Below, in pieces: positions 1-9,535 of a stretch of 33,528 bases of DNA. The notes beneath the pieces were generated by a model. It had not been told where the DNA came from. It searched no databases and saw only the letters and a program-made list of their open reading frames with translations. A program made the translations under genes and the position numbers. Origin of the DNA: Ignavibacteriales bacterium (lineage in GTDB: Bacteria > Desulfobacterota_D > UBA1144 > Nemesobacterales > CSP1-2); the NCBI GenBank assembly GCA_050259195.1, contig JBLNAE010000095.1:1-33528 (forward strand), written 5' to 3'. The number at the start of each line of letters is the position of its first letter. Within the stretch, counting starts at the first letter, position 1.

Positions 1-349
1 ACTCAAACACTACTTTACCATCCGATTGAAACTAGAGAAAGATAAGACGAAGTTAATTTATTATCCCTCATAATTCGCTCTCAGTTAGTGCAGAACGCTC
101 ATTTAATCGAGTAATCCAGCTTGCTCATACCATTTTTATAGGTATATAATTCAGATTAAGAAAAACAGAGGGTTGTCAGACAAGAATGTCCATTTCTAAA
201 TTTGTTCCTATTATGAGATAGCTTCTAATGATAGTTAGTGCACGTACCAATTAGCGCGCGGTTTTCAGAATGGTTAACCTAACTTGGACCGCTCAATTTA
301 TGACGCGCTGAGAACAGAAATGGATATGGATTTTATTGAGGAGGTTTTT

Positions 350-1267
350 ATGGCTATAACATCTCGCAGGATTACGCAATTTTTTAAATATGTGTTTCTC
401 ACCTTCATTGTTACCTGCTTAGGATACGGCGGCATCGAAGCTTCTGGATTTAACCCAACGCCCATGAATTCTCCTTCGGTGCAGAGAATACCCGAATCGG
501 CAAATACAGGGCAATACTTCCAGTGCGTGCTCATAATCGTTCTGGAGAATCAGAATTACGGGGATGTAATCGTAGACCCTTACTTCAATTCACTGTTAAA
601 GAAGGGCGCAAGCCTAACCAATTTCCATGCGATCACTCACCCCTCTTACCCAAATTACCTGGCAATGATAACCGGCAAAGCGATTCCCACAAGAGGCGAT
701 AAGCAGGTCAACTTGAACGAGCGAACAATCGCCGACCTATTGAAACCCGCAGGGCTTACGTGGAAGAATTACGCCGAAGGCTATCCGGGCAAATGCTTCA
801 AATATCCTATATTGGGTCTCTATGCGAGAAAGCACGTACCTTTTATGAGTTTCATCGCGATTCAGGAGCACGAGTGCGAAAATATCGCTCCCGCCGACCA
901 GTTGGCTGAGGATTTAAAGGCTAAGGCACTCCCAAACTATATGTTTTACTCTCCCAATATGGATAACGACGGGCACGATACAGGATTAGCGTATAATTCA
1001 AAATGGCTAAAAGATTTTCTAGAGCCGCTCCGCAAGGACGAGACGTTTATGAAAGGCACGCTGATTGTCGTAACATTCGACGAAGCGCGCAATGATTCAA
1101 ACAATCACATCTACACTGTCCTTCTCGGCGACATGGTAAAGCCCGGTGAATATAATGAAAACTACAATCACTACAGCGTACTTCGGACAATTGAGGAGAA
1201 CTTCGGTCTCGGTACACTGGCGGACGGCGATGGCGGTGCAAAGCCAATCACAGGCGTGTGGAAGTAA
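350..1267 (+). CDS. Exported phosphoesterase / acid phosphatase (phosphoesterase family, alkaline phosphatase superfamily)
   Basis: Motifs IVLEN, THPSYPNY, YARKHVPF, NDGHD, VTFDE and YNHYSVLRTIE; hydrophobic N-terminal segment. Start moved to ATG 350, which follows a GAGGAGG RBS. Confidence 0.85.
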   Translation: MAITSRRITQFFKYVFLTFIVTCLGYGGIEASGFNPTPMNSPSVQRIPESANTGQYFQCVLIIVLENQNYGDVIVDPYFNSLLKKGASLTNFHAITHPSYPNYLAMITGKAIPTRGDKQVNLNERTIADLLKPAGLTWKNYAEGYPGKCFKYPILGLYARKHVPFMSFIAIQEHECENIAPADQLAEDLKAKALPNYMFYSPNMDNDGHDTGLAYNSKWLKDFLEPLRKDETFMKGTLIVVTFDEARNDSNNHIYTVLLGDMVKPGEYNENYNHYSVLRTIEENFGLGTLADGDGGAKPITGVWK

Positions 1268-1280
1268 ATCCGTAATAATC

Positions 1281-1706
1281 CTACTGCAATTCACCTTCCG
1301 TAATATAATCCGTTATTGGAATGGGAGAGGCATGATGCAAGATCATAAGCCAGCCGGAGTCGCGGCGCTCAAATATGTTTGTTGACTGAGACACGTTCAT
1401 CATTATTGGGTCTCTATTTATGTAGGTTAGCTCTTGTATACAAGTAAGCCACGCAACGTCTCCTTTTACTTCTACAGAAATACCTGAAAGCTTAATATCC
1501 ACTTGATCCCTTGGATCAAACACATTTTCCCAGCTCTGCCTTATGGCCTGCCATCCTTGAAGCATTACCCAGCCCGGATGAACACATCCTGCCCGTGAAT
1601 CTTTTATCCAAACCGTCTCCATTAGCTCCAGGTCTCTCGTGCCAAGGGCCTTATAAAACCTTTCGTTTACTTTAATCACCTCTTCATAATCGGGATTCTT
1701 AGGCAT
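1281..1706 (-). CDS. SnoaL-like / NTF2-family protein
   Basis: Pattern N.RFY.A...D...M..VW, CVHPGW...GW..IR.SW, TNIFER...W.MILHHAS. ATG 1706 is better spaced from GAGG than GTG 1712. Confidence 0.85.
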   Translation of the reverse strand: MPKNPDYEEVIKVNERFYKALGTRDLELMETVWIKDSRAGCVHPGWVMLQGWQAIRQSWENVFDPRDQVDIKLSGISVEVKGDVAWLTCIQELTYINRDPIMMNVSQSTNIFERRDSGWLMILHHASPIPITDYITEGELQ

Positions 1707-1881
1707 GGCCACACCTCGAAGCTTGGAAACTCCTTTTGTTATCTAATTTGTCCGCCAATTGTTTTCTGTGGCTCCAATTACAGGATGTTTCTATTTTATA
1801 CACACAGTTGCCAATTAACAAGCGCTCTTTGGATTCTATACAAAGCCTACTTTATCCATCATTAGCCCTGCGATATAATAT

Positions 1882-2817
1882 ATGAATATGAATCAAACCT
1901 TGCGAAAACCCAGTTGGATTAAAGCCAGGATTCCGGGGGGTCCAAACTATATCCGACTGAGAAACCTTATGAGGAATCTCAATCTTCACACCGTATGTGA
2001 AGAAGCGCAGTGCCCAAACGTTGGAGAGTGCTGGGGAGCGGGAACGCTTACGTTTATGATCCTCGGCGATACGTGCACAAGGAGCTGCGGTTTTTGTGCT
2101 GTAAAAACTGGAAAGCCCGGCGAGATTGACTGGAACGAGCCTGAAAGGGTAGCAAAGGCTATAGGAGAGCTTGCGCTTAACGACGCCTATCTAAACCATA
2201 TTGTTATCACATCCGTTGACCGCGATGACAAAAACTATGAAAGCGCAGTTATATTTGGAGAGACGATACGAAAAGTAAGAGAATACACCCCTCAAATAAA
2301 AATCGAGGTTCTTATCCCCGACTTTAAAGGAAATATAAAGGCTCTCAAAGAAGTCTTGGATGCCAGACCCGACGTGCTAAATCACAATATTGAAACGGTG
2401 CCGCGGCTATATTACGTTCCTGTAGAAACCGAATCTGGAAAGAAACGCTCAGTGCGCCCTCAGGCAAAATACGAGTGGTCGCTCAGAGTTCTGGAGAAAA
2501 GCAGAGAGATTGGTCACCGGGGGCTCCTTACAAAATCGGGTCTTATGGTTGGGCTTGGAGAAGAGCTTGAAGAAATTATTGAGACGCTTTGGGACTTAAA
2601 AAATGCAGGATGCGATATTGTAACAATCGGGCAGTATCTGCGACCGAGCATAAACCACCTCCCTGTTGTAAGATACTACCACCCGCTTGAGTTTGAATCG
2701 CTAAAGAAATACGGCGAGGCAATAATCGGAATTCCACACATAGAAGCCGGCCCGCTTGTCAGAAGTTCATATCATACAGAGAAGCAGGTAATGAAGCTGA
2801 GCGGGCAAGTGGGTTAA
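1882..2817 (+). CDS. lipA: Lipoyl synthase
   Basis: CEEAQCPNVGEC (CX4CX5C), radical-SAM CTRSCGFC, NHNIETV, TIGQYLRP and C-terminal RSSY. Start may be ATG 1888. Confidence 0.97.
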   Translation: MNMNQTLRKPSWIKARIPGGPNYIRLRNLMRNLNLHTVCEEAQCPNVGECWGAGTLTFMILGDTCTRSCGFCAVKTGKPGEIDWNEPERVAKAIGELALNDAYLNHIVITSVDRDDKNYESAVIFGETIRKVREYTPQIKIEVLIPDFKGNIKALKEVLDARPDVLNHNIETVPRLYYVPVETESGKKRSVRPQAKYEWSLRVLEKSREIGHRGLLTKSGLMVGLGEELEEIIETLWDLKNAGCDIVTIGQYLRPSINHLPVVRYYHPLEFESLKKYGEAIIGIPHIEAGPLVRSSYHTEKQVMKLSGQVG

Positions 2818-2852
2818 TTTTTGACCCTCATAAAATTCAAGTTCAAGCCTTG

Positions 2853-3386
2853 CTAATTATTCCGGGACTTAGATGCAATTACTCTATCTATCTTTTCTAT
2901 AGCCTCTGATTTCAATTTCACTTTTGTCCGATCAATACGCCCAGAGGATATACTTTCTGCAACTAATTGAATGACGTCTTGAACTTGAATTCGTTCTATC
3001 TCCGCCTTTGTTTGAATTGCTTTGGCCAATTCTCTGAGTTTAGAAGCTGAAAGCTCTATAAGATCACAATGCCAAGAATTTACTTCCTCATCAGGAGAGG
3101 CCCCCTTTGTCTTTTTACTTTCAACCTTAATACCGATTTCATAGACAATTTGCTGATCAAAGAGAGCATAATCAAAATTGGAATTATCAGTTACATTAGC
3201 TGCTAGAGCAGCTATGGTGCGTTCTAAATTTGATCTATCGTCCTCTATGTGCCATACGGAAAGTTGGTTGCTTGATGTTAAGAGATCTCTTAAAGCATCA
3301 GCTTGTAATTCACCTTCTGCAAGCCAAGGAACATCATTATGTCTGTACCATTTTGACTTTCTTATCTTCCTTAGGAAGAATGGCAC
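2853..3386 (-). CDS. Hypothetical protein, putative ADP-ribosyltransferase-like toxin (cassette gene C)
   Basis: 177 aa ORF overlapping the upstream gene by 16 nt. N-terminal hydrophobic strand ending in Arg (FFLRK), then LSVW and a later WHCDL strand. The ORF is solid; the function is inferred. Confidence 0.5.
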   Translation of the reverse strand: MPFFLRKIRKSKWYRHNDVPWLAEGELQADALRDLLTSSNQLSVWHIEDDRSNLERTIAALAANVTDNSNFDYALFDQQIVYEIGIKVESKKTKGASPDEEVNSWHCDLIELSASKLRELAKAIQTKAEIERIQVQDVIQLVAESISSGRIDRTKVKLKSEAIEKIDRVIASKSRNN

Positions 3387-4003
3387 TGCTGTGTATTCTC
3401 CAAGTGTGCTAATACTTGCTCCATATCTTCGCGTAGTTCTTTACAAGTTTCCCGCTCAATAGCTTGCTTGAGATAAGATATGGCATGAGGATCATTTAAG
3501 AATGATAAACCTAACACAGCGCCATCTCGTATTCGTACTGAAGAACAATAAAGGCTTCGCTCAAGTACCCATAATCGGTAACGATAGGTTTTAGGATGAT
3601 CCACATGTCCCAGCCAACGTAATGCCTCAGACGCAACCTCAGCATTAACCTGATCAGTGACGATAAGATTAGCTATTACTATCATGGCATCATTGCCATA
3701 TTCTTTAATGATCGAGATAAGTTCTCTTGAGAATTCACTCTCCATACCATCTTCAAAAATCTGCTCTTTAGCTATTTCAAATAAACCTTCAATTTCTTGG
3801 TCGATCTCCTCCGGAGGTTCTTTCTGTACAGTAGAATTCTCAGAATATTCTTCTCGAGAGTCTATAGTCACAGATTTAGTGAACCAAAGTTGCACTCTAT
3901 TCTTCCAAGATTCTGGATCAGTTGTAGCAAGTGTGTTAAGCCAATTTCCATACTGTGAGAAGTTCTTTTCAAGTTTCACATCACCACCAGTGAGTGCACT
4001 CAT
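3371..4003 (-). CDS. Hypothetical protein with C-terminal HEAT-repeat-like helices (cassette gene B)
   Basis: 210 aa with an acidic, polar N-terminal half. C-terminal VASEALRWLG, VRIRDGAVLGLSFLNDPHAISYLKQAIERE resembles PBS-lyase HEAT repeats. ATGA overlap with the upstream gene. Confidence 0.6.
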   Translation of the reverse strand: MSALTGGDVKLEKNFSQYGNWLNTLATTDPESWKNRVQLWFTKSVTIDSREEYSENSTVQKEPPEEIDQEIEGLFEIAKEQIFEDGMESEFSRELISIIKEYGNDAMIVIANLIVTDQVNAEVASEALRWLGHVDHPKTYRYRLWVLERSLYCSSVRIRDGAVLGLSFLNDPHAISYLKQAIERETCKELREDMEQVLAHLENTQQCHSS

Positions 4004-4785
4004 GGAATGTCCCCCTTTATAGCAATTTCCCTTCCGAGATTAACTAGCTCTTGAAAGATTCGTGGTAGTTGTTCTCGATGCAGTTCGCCTTGGAAGTCCG
4101 GCGAAGTGTTAATGTCTAATTCTAAACGGCAAGCAAAATATTCCGGGCCTAGAAAATACCCCACGGGTGCTGCCGGCCCCAAGGAAATTTGGGTACTTCT
4201 CCAGGAAGCTACAGACCACTTAGAAAAGCGATTTATTCTCAGGCCAGTAATACCAGAAGTAGAGTTCCGAGGTCGATTGATTTGATAGGCAAAGTCGGAG
4301 GATGATCCATCTGGATCCAATTTAACAGAGGGAAGATATTCAGCGATTCTTCGATAGCCATCTTGTCTATCCTCCACAGGTTGCAACAAAATAGCCCCAA
4401 AAGCTAGACGTTGTACTGGAGGACATGTATCGAATTCAAACCAGCGGAGCATTAATGAAAGAAACCTATCAAGTGCCTCGGAGAATGTCCCAATTATGGG
4501 AACATTCGTATCTTCCCGTTTCGGGTCAATAATTGGAGTGAATAACCAATCTACTCGAGTTGGTTGGACACTCACAACTAACTTTCCTTGTGCGAACGGA
4601 CCTTCCTCTTGATGTATTCCTTCTTTCGGACGCGATATTTTGTTTTCTGGGGGTTCTCCAACTATATCAGCCCACCAAGTAGGGTTAACAATCCGAGCAC
4701 TTGGACTAGGAAAAGCTGTCAGTCTAAGGGTTTCCGTCTGCCATACTGTGAGAGAGGAATTATCAGCAATGGTTTGCCGAGACAT
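4000..4785 (-). CDS. Hypothetical protein, TIGR04255-like (cassette gene A)
   Basis: 261 aa with GAGGTG RBS. VQRLAFG in the middle and LELDINT near the C-terminus resemble the I.R.G.RY and LD.D patterns I recall for TIGR04255 proteins. Confidence 0.5.
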   Translation of the reverse strand: MSRQTIADNSSLTVWQTETLRLTAFPSPSARIVNPTWWADIVGEPPENKISRPKEGIHQEEGPFAQGKLVVSVQPTRVDWLFTPIIDPKREDTNVPIIGTFSEALDRFLSLMLRWFEFDTCPPVQRLAFGAILLQPVEDRQDGYRRIAEYLPSVKLDPDGSSSDFAYQINRPRNSTSGITGLRINRFSKWSVASWRSTQISLGPAAPVGYFLGPEYFACRLELDINTSPDFQGELHREQLPRIFQELVNLGREIAIKGDIP

Positions 4786-4846
4786 ATAGTCACCTCGGTA
4801 GAGAATAAAAATTCGATTTCAATATACTACTTGATGTTACGAAGTA

Positions 4847-4875
4847 AGGGTAATACAGCATAGATTGGATTTCAA
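4847..4875 (-). promoter_or_regulatory. Putative sigma70 promoter of the three-gene cassette
   Basis: Minus strand reads TTGAAA-17 nt-TACCCT about 60 nt upstream of ATG 4785. Confidence 0.35.
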
Positions 4876-4883
4876 GCGGTAGA

Positions 4884-5255
4884 CTACTCCAACTCCATCA
4901 AAACCTCATCAATCGTTGGAACTCTGCCCGTGCCTATTAGTTTTCCATTTACAATCACCACAGGCACAGGAAACCAGAAAAACACCGTTCGGATAGCAGA
5001 AAATATAGAAGGGTTAAATTTCAAGACATCCTTTAAAACCTTGGGTATTAAATAGAAATAGGCTCTTGGCTCAATCTGTATAATCTCAACTCCGTCGTCT
5101 CCAAATCTTTCCCGGATTTCTCTATGGAGCCTTCCGCATTCCTCGGCTACCTTTCTAATCCCATCATAAGAATGGTCTTTTTTCGCAAACTCCCCCATTC
5201 CGCCTGAACAGCAGATACAGCCGCCTGTACCATCATTCTCTCTTACGATTATCAC
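4884..5255 (-). CDS. Small CstA-associated protein with CxCC motif, possibly thioredoxin-like fold
   Basis: Starts 10 nt after the cstA stop. GGCICCSGG near the N-terminus and PVVIVNGKLIG.GRVP at the C-terminus, as in thioredoxin-like/ArsD-like proteins. Confidence 0.6.
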   Translation of the reverse strand: MIIVRENDGTGGCICCSGGMGEFAKKDHSYDGIRKVAEECGRLHREIRERFGDDGVEIIQIEPRAYFYLIPKVLKDVLKFNPSIFSAIRTVFFWFPVPVVIVNGKLIGTGRVPTIDEVLMELE

Positions 5256-5265
5256 AGATGGTTTT

Positions 5266-7095
5266 CTAATCCGACACCACTTCCCCTTTTGATATGGAAA
5301 CCTCTTTTTTCTCTACAAACACAGACTTATACCAGACTCTGAAAGAATCTAAAATAATTATAACCGCGCATATCATTATTGCCGCTGTAAGAATTGAATT
5401 CACGTACCCCTGAAAAACAAGCCCCTCTTTTTGTGTCATAGGAATGAAATTCTGAGTAATGTTCATCCATCCGGCAGAGAGTGTCGTCGCCATAACAAAA
5501 GCCATCGGGACAAGCGTCACCCATGCGTACTTTGCCTTTCCCATGTTAATAATGACAGTTGTCCCGACACAGAGCGCAATTCCAGCAAGAAGCTGATTAG
5601 CCGTTCCAAACATGGGCCAGATTGTGCCTATGCTTCCTGTAAAAACGAAATACCCCCATCCGCAGGTAATGAGAGCAGTCGAAATTATGGCGGATGGCAG
5701 GTGGTCAACCCTTTCAAAGGGCTTACAGAATTTCCCGCCAAACTCCTGAATCATAAATCTTGCGACCCTTGTCCCCGTATCAATTGTCGTAAGTATAAAA
5801 AGAGCCTCAAACATGATGGCAAAGTGATACCAGTAATCCATTAGATGTCTCATTCCGGGAACTGCCGTAAAAATCTGCGCCATTCCTACAGCAAGAGAGA
5901 CCGCGCCTCCTGTTCTTCCCACAAGGTTTTCTCCAACATCCGCCGAAAGCCCTTGAAGATTTACAACGCTAAAGCCGAGTTTTTCAAACACTCCCGGTGG
6001 AACATTTATCGCAAAATAATCTGCGGGAAAAAGAGAGCACGCGGCAATCAAGGCGAGGATTCCGATAAAACCCTCGATCAGCATCGCAGTGAACCCGATA
6101 GTTTTAATGTCCGACTCCTTTGATACCATCTTTGGAGACGTTCCCGACGCCACAAGGGCGTGAAATCCGGAGACCGCTCCGCATGCTATTGTTATGAAGA
6201 CAAATGGAAACAGTTTTCCATGAATTATAGGGCCTCCGCCGTGAATGTATTCAGTGAGAAGCGGCATCCTTAACTGCGGATGAACCACTACTACCCCTAT
6301 TGCGAGAGACACGATTGTTCCAATTTTCATAAATGCACTCAGATAGTCCCTAGGGCAAAGGAGCATCCACACGGGAAGAACAGAAGCCACGAATCCGTAG
6401 ATAAGTATAAAAAGGGTTATCCTAGCCTTAGGAAGAGTAAAGTATGGAGCAAGAGGAGAATGAGCAATGTCTTTTCCAAGCACCACGGCGAGGATAAGAA
6501 ATATCACCCCTATTATCGTTCCTTCGGCGATTCTTCCCTTTCTGAATTTATACATATAAAGCCCCATAAAAAGGGCAATCGGGATTGTGCAGCCTATGGT
6601 AAACGTTCCCCATGAGCTTTCAGAGAGGGCATTTATAACGGCAATCCCAAGCCCCGCAAGGGCGACAACCAGGATAAAAAGAATCGCAATAGACGCTATG
6701 ATTCCGGAGAGGGGACTGATTTCCATCCTTGCAATCTCGGCAAGGGATTTTCCGCCATGCCTTACAGATGAGAAAAATATGATGAAATCATGAACCGCTC
6801 CCGCAAGCACCACGCCAACTAATATCCAGAGGTATCCGGGAAGAACCCCAAACTGAGCGGCAAGAACAGGGCCAATCAGGGGACCCGCTCCAGTTATTGC
6901 GGCAAAATGATGGCCGAAAAGAACCCATTTATTTGTAGGATAATAATTCTGGCCATCGTACATCGTATGCGCAGGAGTTTTCCGGGAATCATCAAGGGCA
7001 GCAACCTTTGAGGCGATAAAGCCATGATAATATCTGTAAAATATAGCCATCACGCAGAGGGCACCGACAACGAGCGGCATGGCATTTACAGTCAT
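5266..7095 (-). CDS. cstA: Carbon starvation protein A family peptide/pyruvate transporter
   Basis: [58 protein letters not shown]; many TM helices; GGAGGA RBS. Confidence 0.96.
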   Translation of the reverse strand: MTVNAMPLVVGALCVMAIFYRYYHGFIASKVAALDDSRKTPAHTMYDGQNYYPTNKWVLFGHHFAAITGAGPLIGPVLAAQFGVLPGYLWILVGVVLAGAVHDFIIFFSSVRHGGKSLAEIARMEISPLSGIIASIAILFILVVALAGLGIAVINALSESSWGTFTIGCTIPIALFMGLYMYKFRKGRIAEGTIIGVIFLILAVVLGKDIAHSPLAPYFTLPKARITLFILIYGFVASVLPVWMLLCPRDYLSAFMKIGTIVSLAIGVVVVHPQLRMPLLTEYIHGGGPIIHGKLFPFVFITIACGAVSGFHALVASGTSPKMVSKESDIKTIGFTAMLIEGFIGILALIAACSLFPADYFAINVPPGVFEKLGFSVVNLQGLSADVGENLVGRTGGAVSLAVGMAQIFTAVPGMRHLMDYWYHFAIMFEALFILTTIDTGTRVARFMIQEFGGKFCKPFERVDHLPSAIISTALITCGWGYFVFTGSIGTIWPMFGTANQLLAGIALCVGTTVIINMGKAKYAWVTLVPMAFVMATTLSAGWMNITQNFIPMTQKEGLVFQGYVNSILTAAIMICAVIIILDSFRVWYKSVFVEKKEVSISKGEVVSD

Positions 7096-7284
7096 TGAGT
7101 CAAATCCTCCTTAATTTCGCTCATCTAAATATACCACGAATGAACCGAATCCTTACAATAAGGTAAGTTCGGCATAAGAGAATTAAATCTGCTGAAAGCG
7201 AATTATTAGCTCATTGCAATCTACAACTTTGGAAATTTTTAGAGAGGGAGGCCAGTAGAAGGCCTTTAAAAGGACGGTCTCTTC

Positions 7285-7313
7285 TTGATATGTTTTCTAA
7301 AAGCATTTAACAT
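7285..7313 (+). promoter_or_regulatory. Putative sigma70 promoter of apgM (near-leaderless)
   Basis: TTGATA-17 nt-TAACAT ending 9 nt before ATG 7323; no SD sequence. Confidence 0.45.
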
Positions 7314-7322
7314 TCTACGCTT

Positions 7323-8534
7323 ATGAAAATCGTAATACTCCAAGGCGACGGGATGCCGGATCACCCCATTCCACAGCTTGGCAATAAGACCCCGCTTGAG
7401 GTCGCAAAAACCCCGCACATGGATGAGCTTGCCAAAAGAGGCGTTTTTGGGCTTGTGAAAACCATACCCGATGAGCTTCCTCCGGGAAGCGATGTCGGAA
7501 ACCTGAGCGTCCTTGGATACAATCCCAAGCTCTACTATACGGGAAGGTCTCCGCTTGAGGCGGCAAGCATCGGTGTAGATGTGAAGGAGTCGGATGTTAC
7601 GTTCAGATGCAATCTCGTTACCCTTCGCGATTCAAATGGAAAAACAGTTATGGATGACTACAGCGCGGGGCATATCTCGACCGAAGAGGCAAGAGAAATT
7701 ATCCTTGATATAAGGAAAGAGCTTGAGGAAGAGGATATAAAATTCTATCCCGGTGTTAGCTACAGGCATCTTATGGTCTGGCATGGCGGCATTGATAAGA
7801 TGAAAACAACCCCGCCGCACGATATTTCTGGAAGAGAGGTTTTGCCGTATTTACCGAGTGGAGAGGGAACGGATAAACTCAGGCGTCTTATTGATAAATC
7901 AAAGGAACTTTTAAAGAATCACCCCATAAACCGTAAAAGAATAGAGGGTGGGAAAAACCCCGCTACAAGCATCTGGCTCTGGGGTCAGGGAAGGGCACCA
8001 AAAATGCCAAAGTTCAGGGAACTCTACGGGATTGAGGGTGCAGTTATATCAGCGGTGGATCTGGTCAAGGGAATCGGGGTTTACGCCGGACTTCAGGTGA
8101 TAGAAGTGCCAGGCGCTACTGGTTATCTCGATACAAACTATGACGGCAAGGTTCAGTATGCCCTTAGCGCGTTGGATGAGGTTGACCTTGTGATGATCCA
8201 CATTGAGGCTACAGATGAAACGGGACATGAGGGAAAAGTGGATTTAAAAATTCGCGCCATAGAGGATTTTGACAGCCGCATAATAGGACCTGTACTTGAT
8301 GGAATAAAAAGGTTTGATGATTACAAAGTTCTCCTCCTTTCGGATCACCCAACCCCTATTGAGTTAAAGACCCATATAAACGAACCCGTGCCGTTTGCGA
8401 TTCTCAGTTCAAAAGATAGCGGTGTGAAAAATAAGGATCAAACGTTTTCCGAAAGCTCCGCTTCCAAGACAGGAGTTTTTGTGGATGAGGGATGGAAGCT
8501 GGTAGGAATGCTTTTAGGCAAAAACCAGGGTTAA
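7323..8534 (+). CDS. apgM: Cofactor-independent phosphoglycerate mutase (ApgM type)
   Basis: GDGMPD, KTPLEVA.TP.MD, PGSDVGNL (phospho-Ser), YTGRSPLEA, HIEATDETGH, SDHPTP. Confidence 0.92.
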   Translation: MKIVILQGDGMPDHPIPQLGNKTPLEVAKTPHMDELAKRGVFGLVKTIPDELPPGSDVGNLSVLGYNPKLYYTGRSPLEAASIGVDVKESDVTFRCNLVTLRDSNGKTVMDDYSAGHISTEEAREIILDIRKELEEEDIKFYPGVSYRHLMVWHGGIDKMKTTPPHDISGREVLPYLPSGEGTDKLRRLIDKSKELLKNHPINRKRIEGGKNPATSIWLWGQGRAPKMPKFRELYGIEGAVISAVDLVKGIGVYAGLQVIEVPGATGYLDTNYDGKVQYALSALDEVDLVMIHIEATDETGHEGKVDLKIRAIEDFDSRIIGPVLDGIKRFDDYKVLLLSDHPTPIELKTHINEPVPFAILSSKDSGVKNKDQTFSESSASKTGVFVDEGWKLVGMLLGKNQG

Positions 8535-8541
8535 TATGTAA

Positions 8542-9309
8542 TTAAACCTCTCTTTTTACCTCTTCCCAAAGCTCATCCATCTCTCTGAGCGTAAGCTCCG
8601 ATAGAGTTTTATTTCTCTCCTTTGCCTTCTCTTCAATCCGATTAAATCTGTCTATAAACCCATCAATTGCCTTATGGGCTGAGACCTCCGCATCCAATTT
8701 TAGGAACCTTCCAAGGTTCACCAAAGAAAAGACCAAATCTCCCCACTCTTTTTCTATCGAATTCTTCCCTCCATCTTCTATCGCTTTTTGAAGCTCCTCT
8801 AATTCCTCTTTTACCTTTTCTATCACATCAGAAGTTTTTTCCCAATCAAAACCGACCTGAGATGCCTTTTCCCCAACCCTCTGGGCGCGAAGAAGCGCAG
8901 GCATGAAGCGAGGGATTTCAAGAAGACTTCTCCTCCTAGTTTTTTCTTTCATCTTTTCTCCGTGCCATCTCTTTACAGCCTCTTCGGCGTCCTTAGCCTT
9001 TTCCTCTCCAAATACATGGGGGTGACGCCTCACCAATTTATAGTAAAGTTCCCTCACCACATCTTCTACGTCGAATTTCCCCTCCTCGCCGCATATTTGA
9101 GATGCAAAGATGACCTGATAAAGCAGATCGCCCAGTTCTTCTTTGAGTTCCTGGATGTCATTTGCATCAATCGCTCCAATCACCTCATAAGCCTCTTCGA
9201 GTATAAAAGACCTGAGCGTCTCAAGCGTCTGTTCTCTATCCCAAGGACACCCTTCGGAGCTTCTAAGATACTTAGATAATTCAACAACATCTTCAAAGCT
9301 CTTTTTCAT
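8542..9309 (-). CDS. mazG: Nucleoside triphosphate pyrophosphohydrolase MazG
   Basis: GCPWDREQT, EEAYE, EELGDLL, KLVRRHPHVFG; second domain GFDW...EEL.E...EWGDLVF. Confidence 0.96.
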   Translation of the reverse strand: MKKSFEDVVELSKYLRSSEGCPWDREQTLETLRSFILEEAYEVIGAIDANDIQELKEELGDLLYQVIFASQICGEEGKFDVEDVVRELYYKLVRRHPHVFGEEKAKDAEEAVKRWHGEKMKEKTRRRSLLEIPRFMPALLRAQRVGEKASQVGFDWEKTSDVIEKVKEELEELQKAIEDGGKNSIEKEWGDLVFSLVNLGRFLKLDAEVSAHKAIDGFIDRFNRIEEKAKERNKTLSELTLREMDELWEEVKREV

Positions 9310-9535
9310 CGTTTGCTCCTAAAAATTTATAATTTGGAATTTAGGTTAATTCCCAAATGGGAGGAGGTCAATTTAAAAACATACAACAAATCGAATAGAG
9401 AAATCCTTGAATGTCCGAGTTAAGCGAATTCCGTGATGTAAGAATAGAGGCATACTCCGCCAGAAGCAGACTTAGAAAGTCCCGCCTATATCCAACTCAA
9501 TCTAGATCTCATAAAATAAATTTTGCTTTTAATGA

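Noticed and set aside
2410-2455. Short insertion in LipA (YVPVETESGKKRS) before VRPQA
   Set aside because: All catalytic motifs are intact; most likely a lineage-specific loop, far too short for an intein.
2842-4877. TTCAAGC at both edges of the three-gene cassette (2842-2848 and 4871-4877) as a target-site duplication
   Set aside because: Only 7 bp, with no transposase or terminal inverted repeats; likely by chance without an empty-site genome for comparison.
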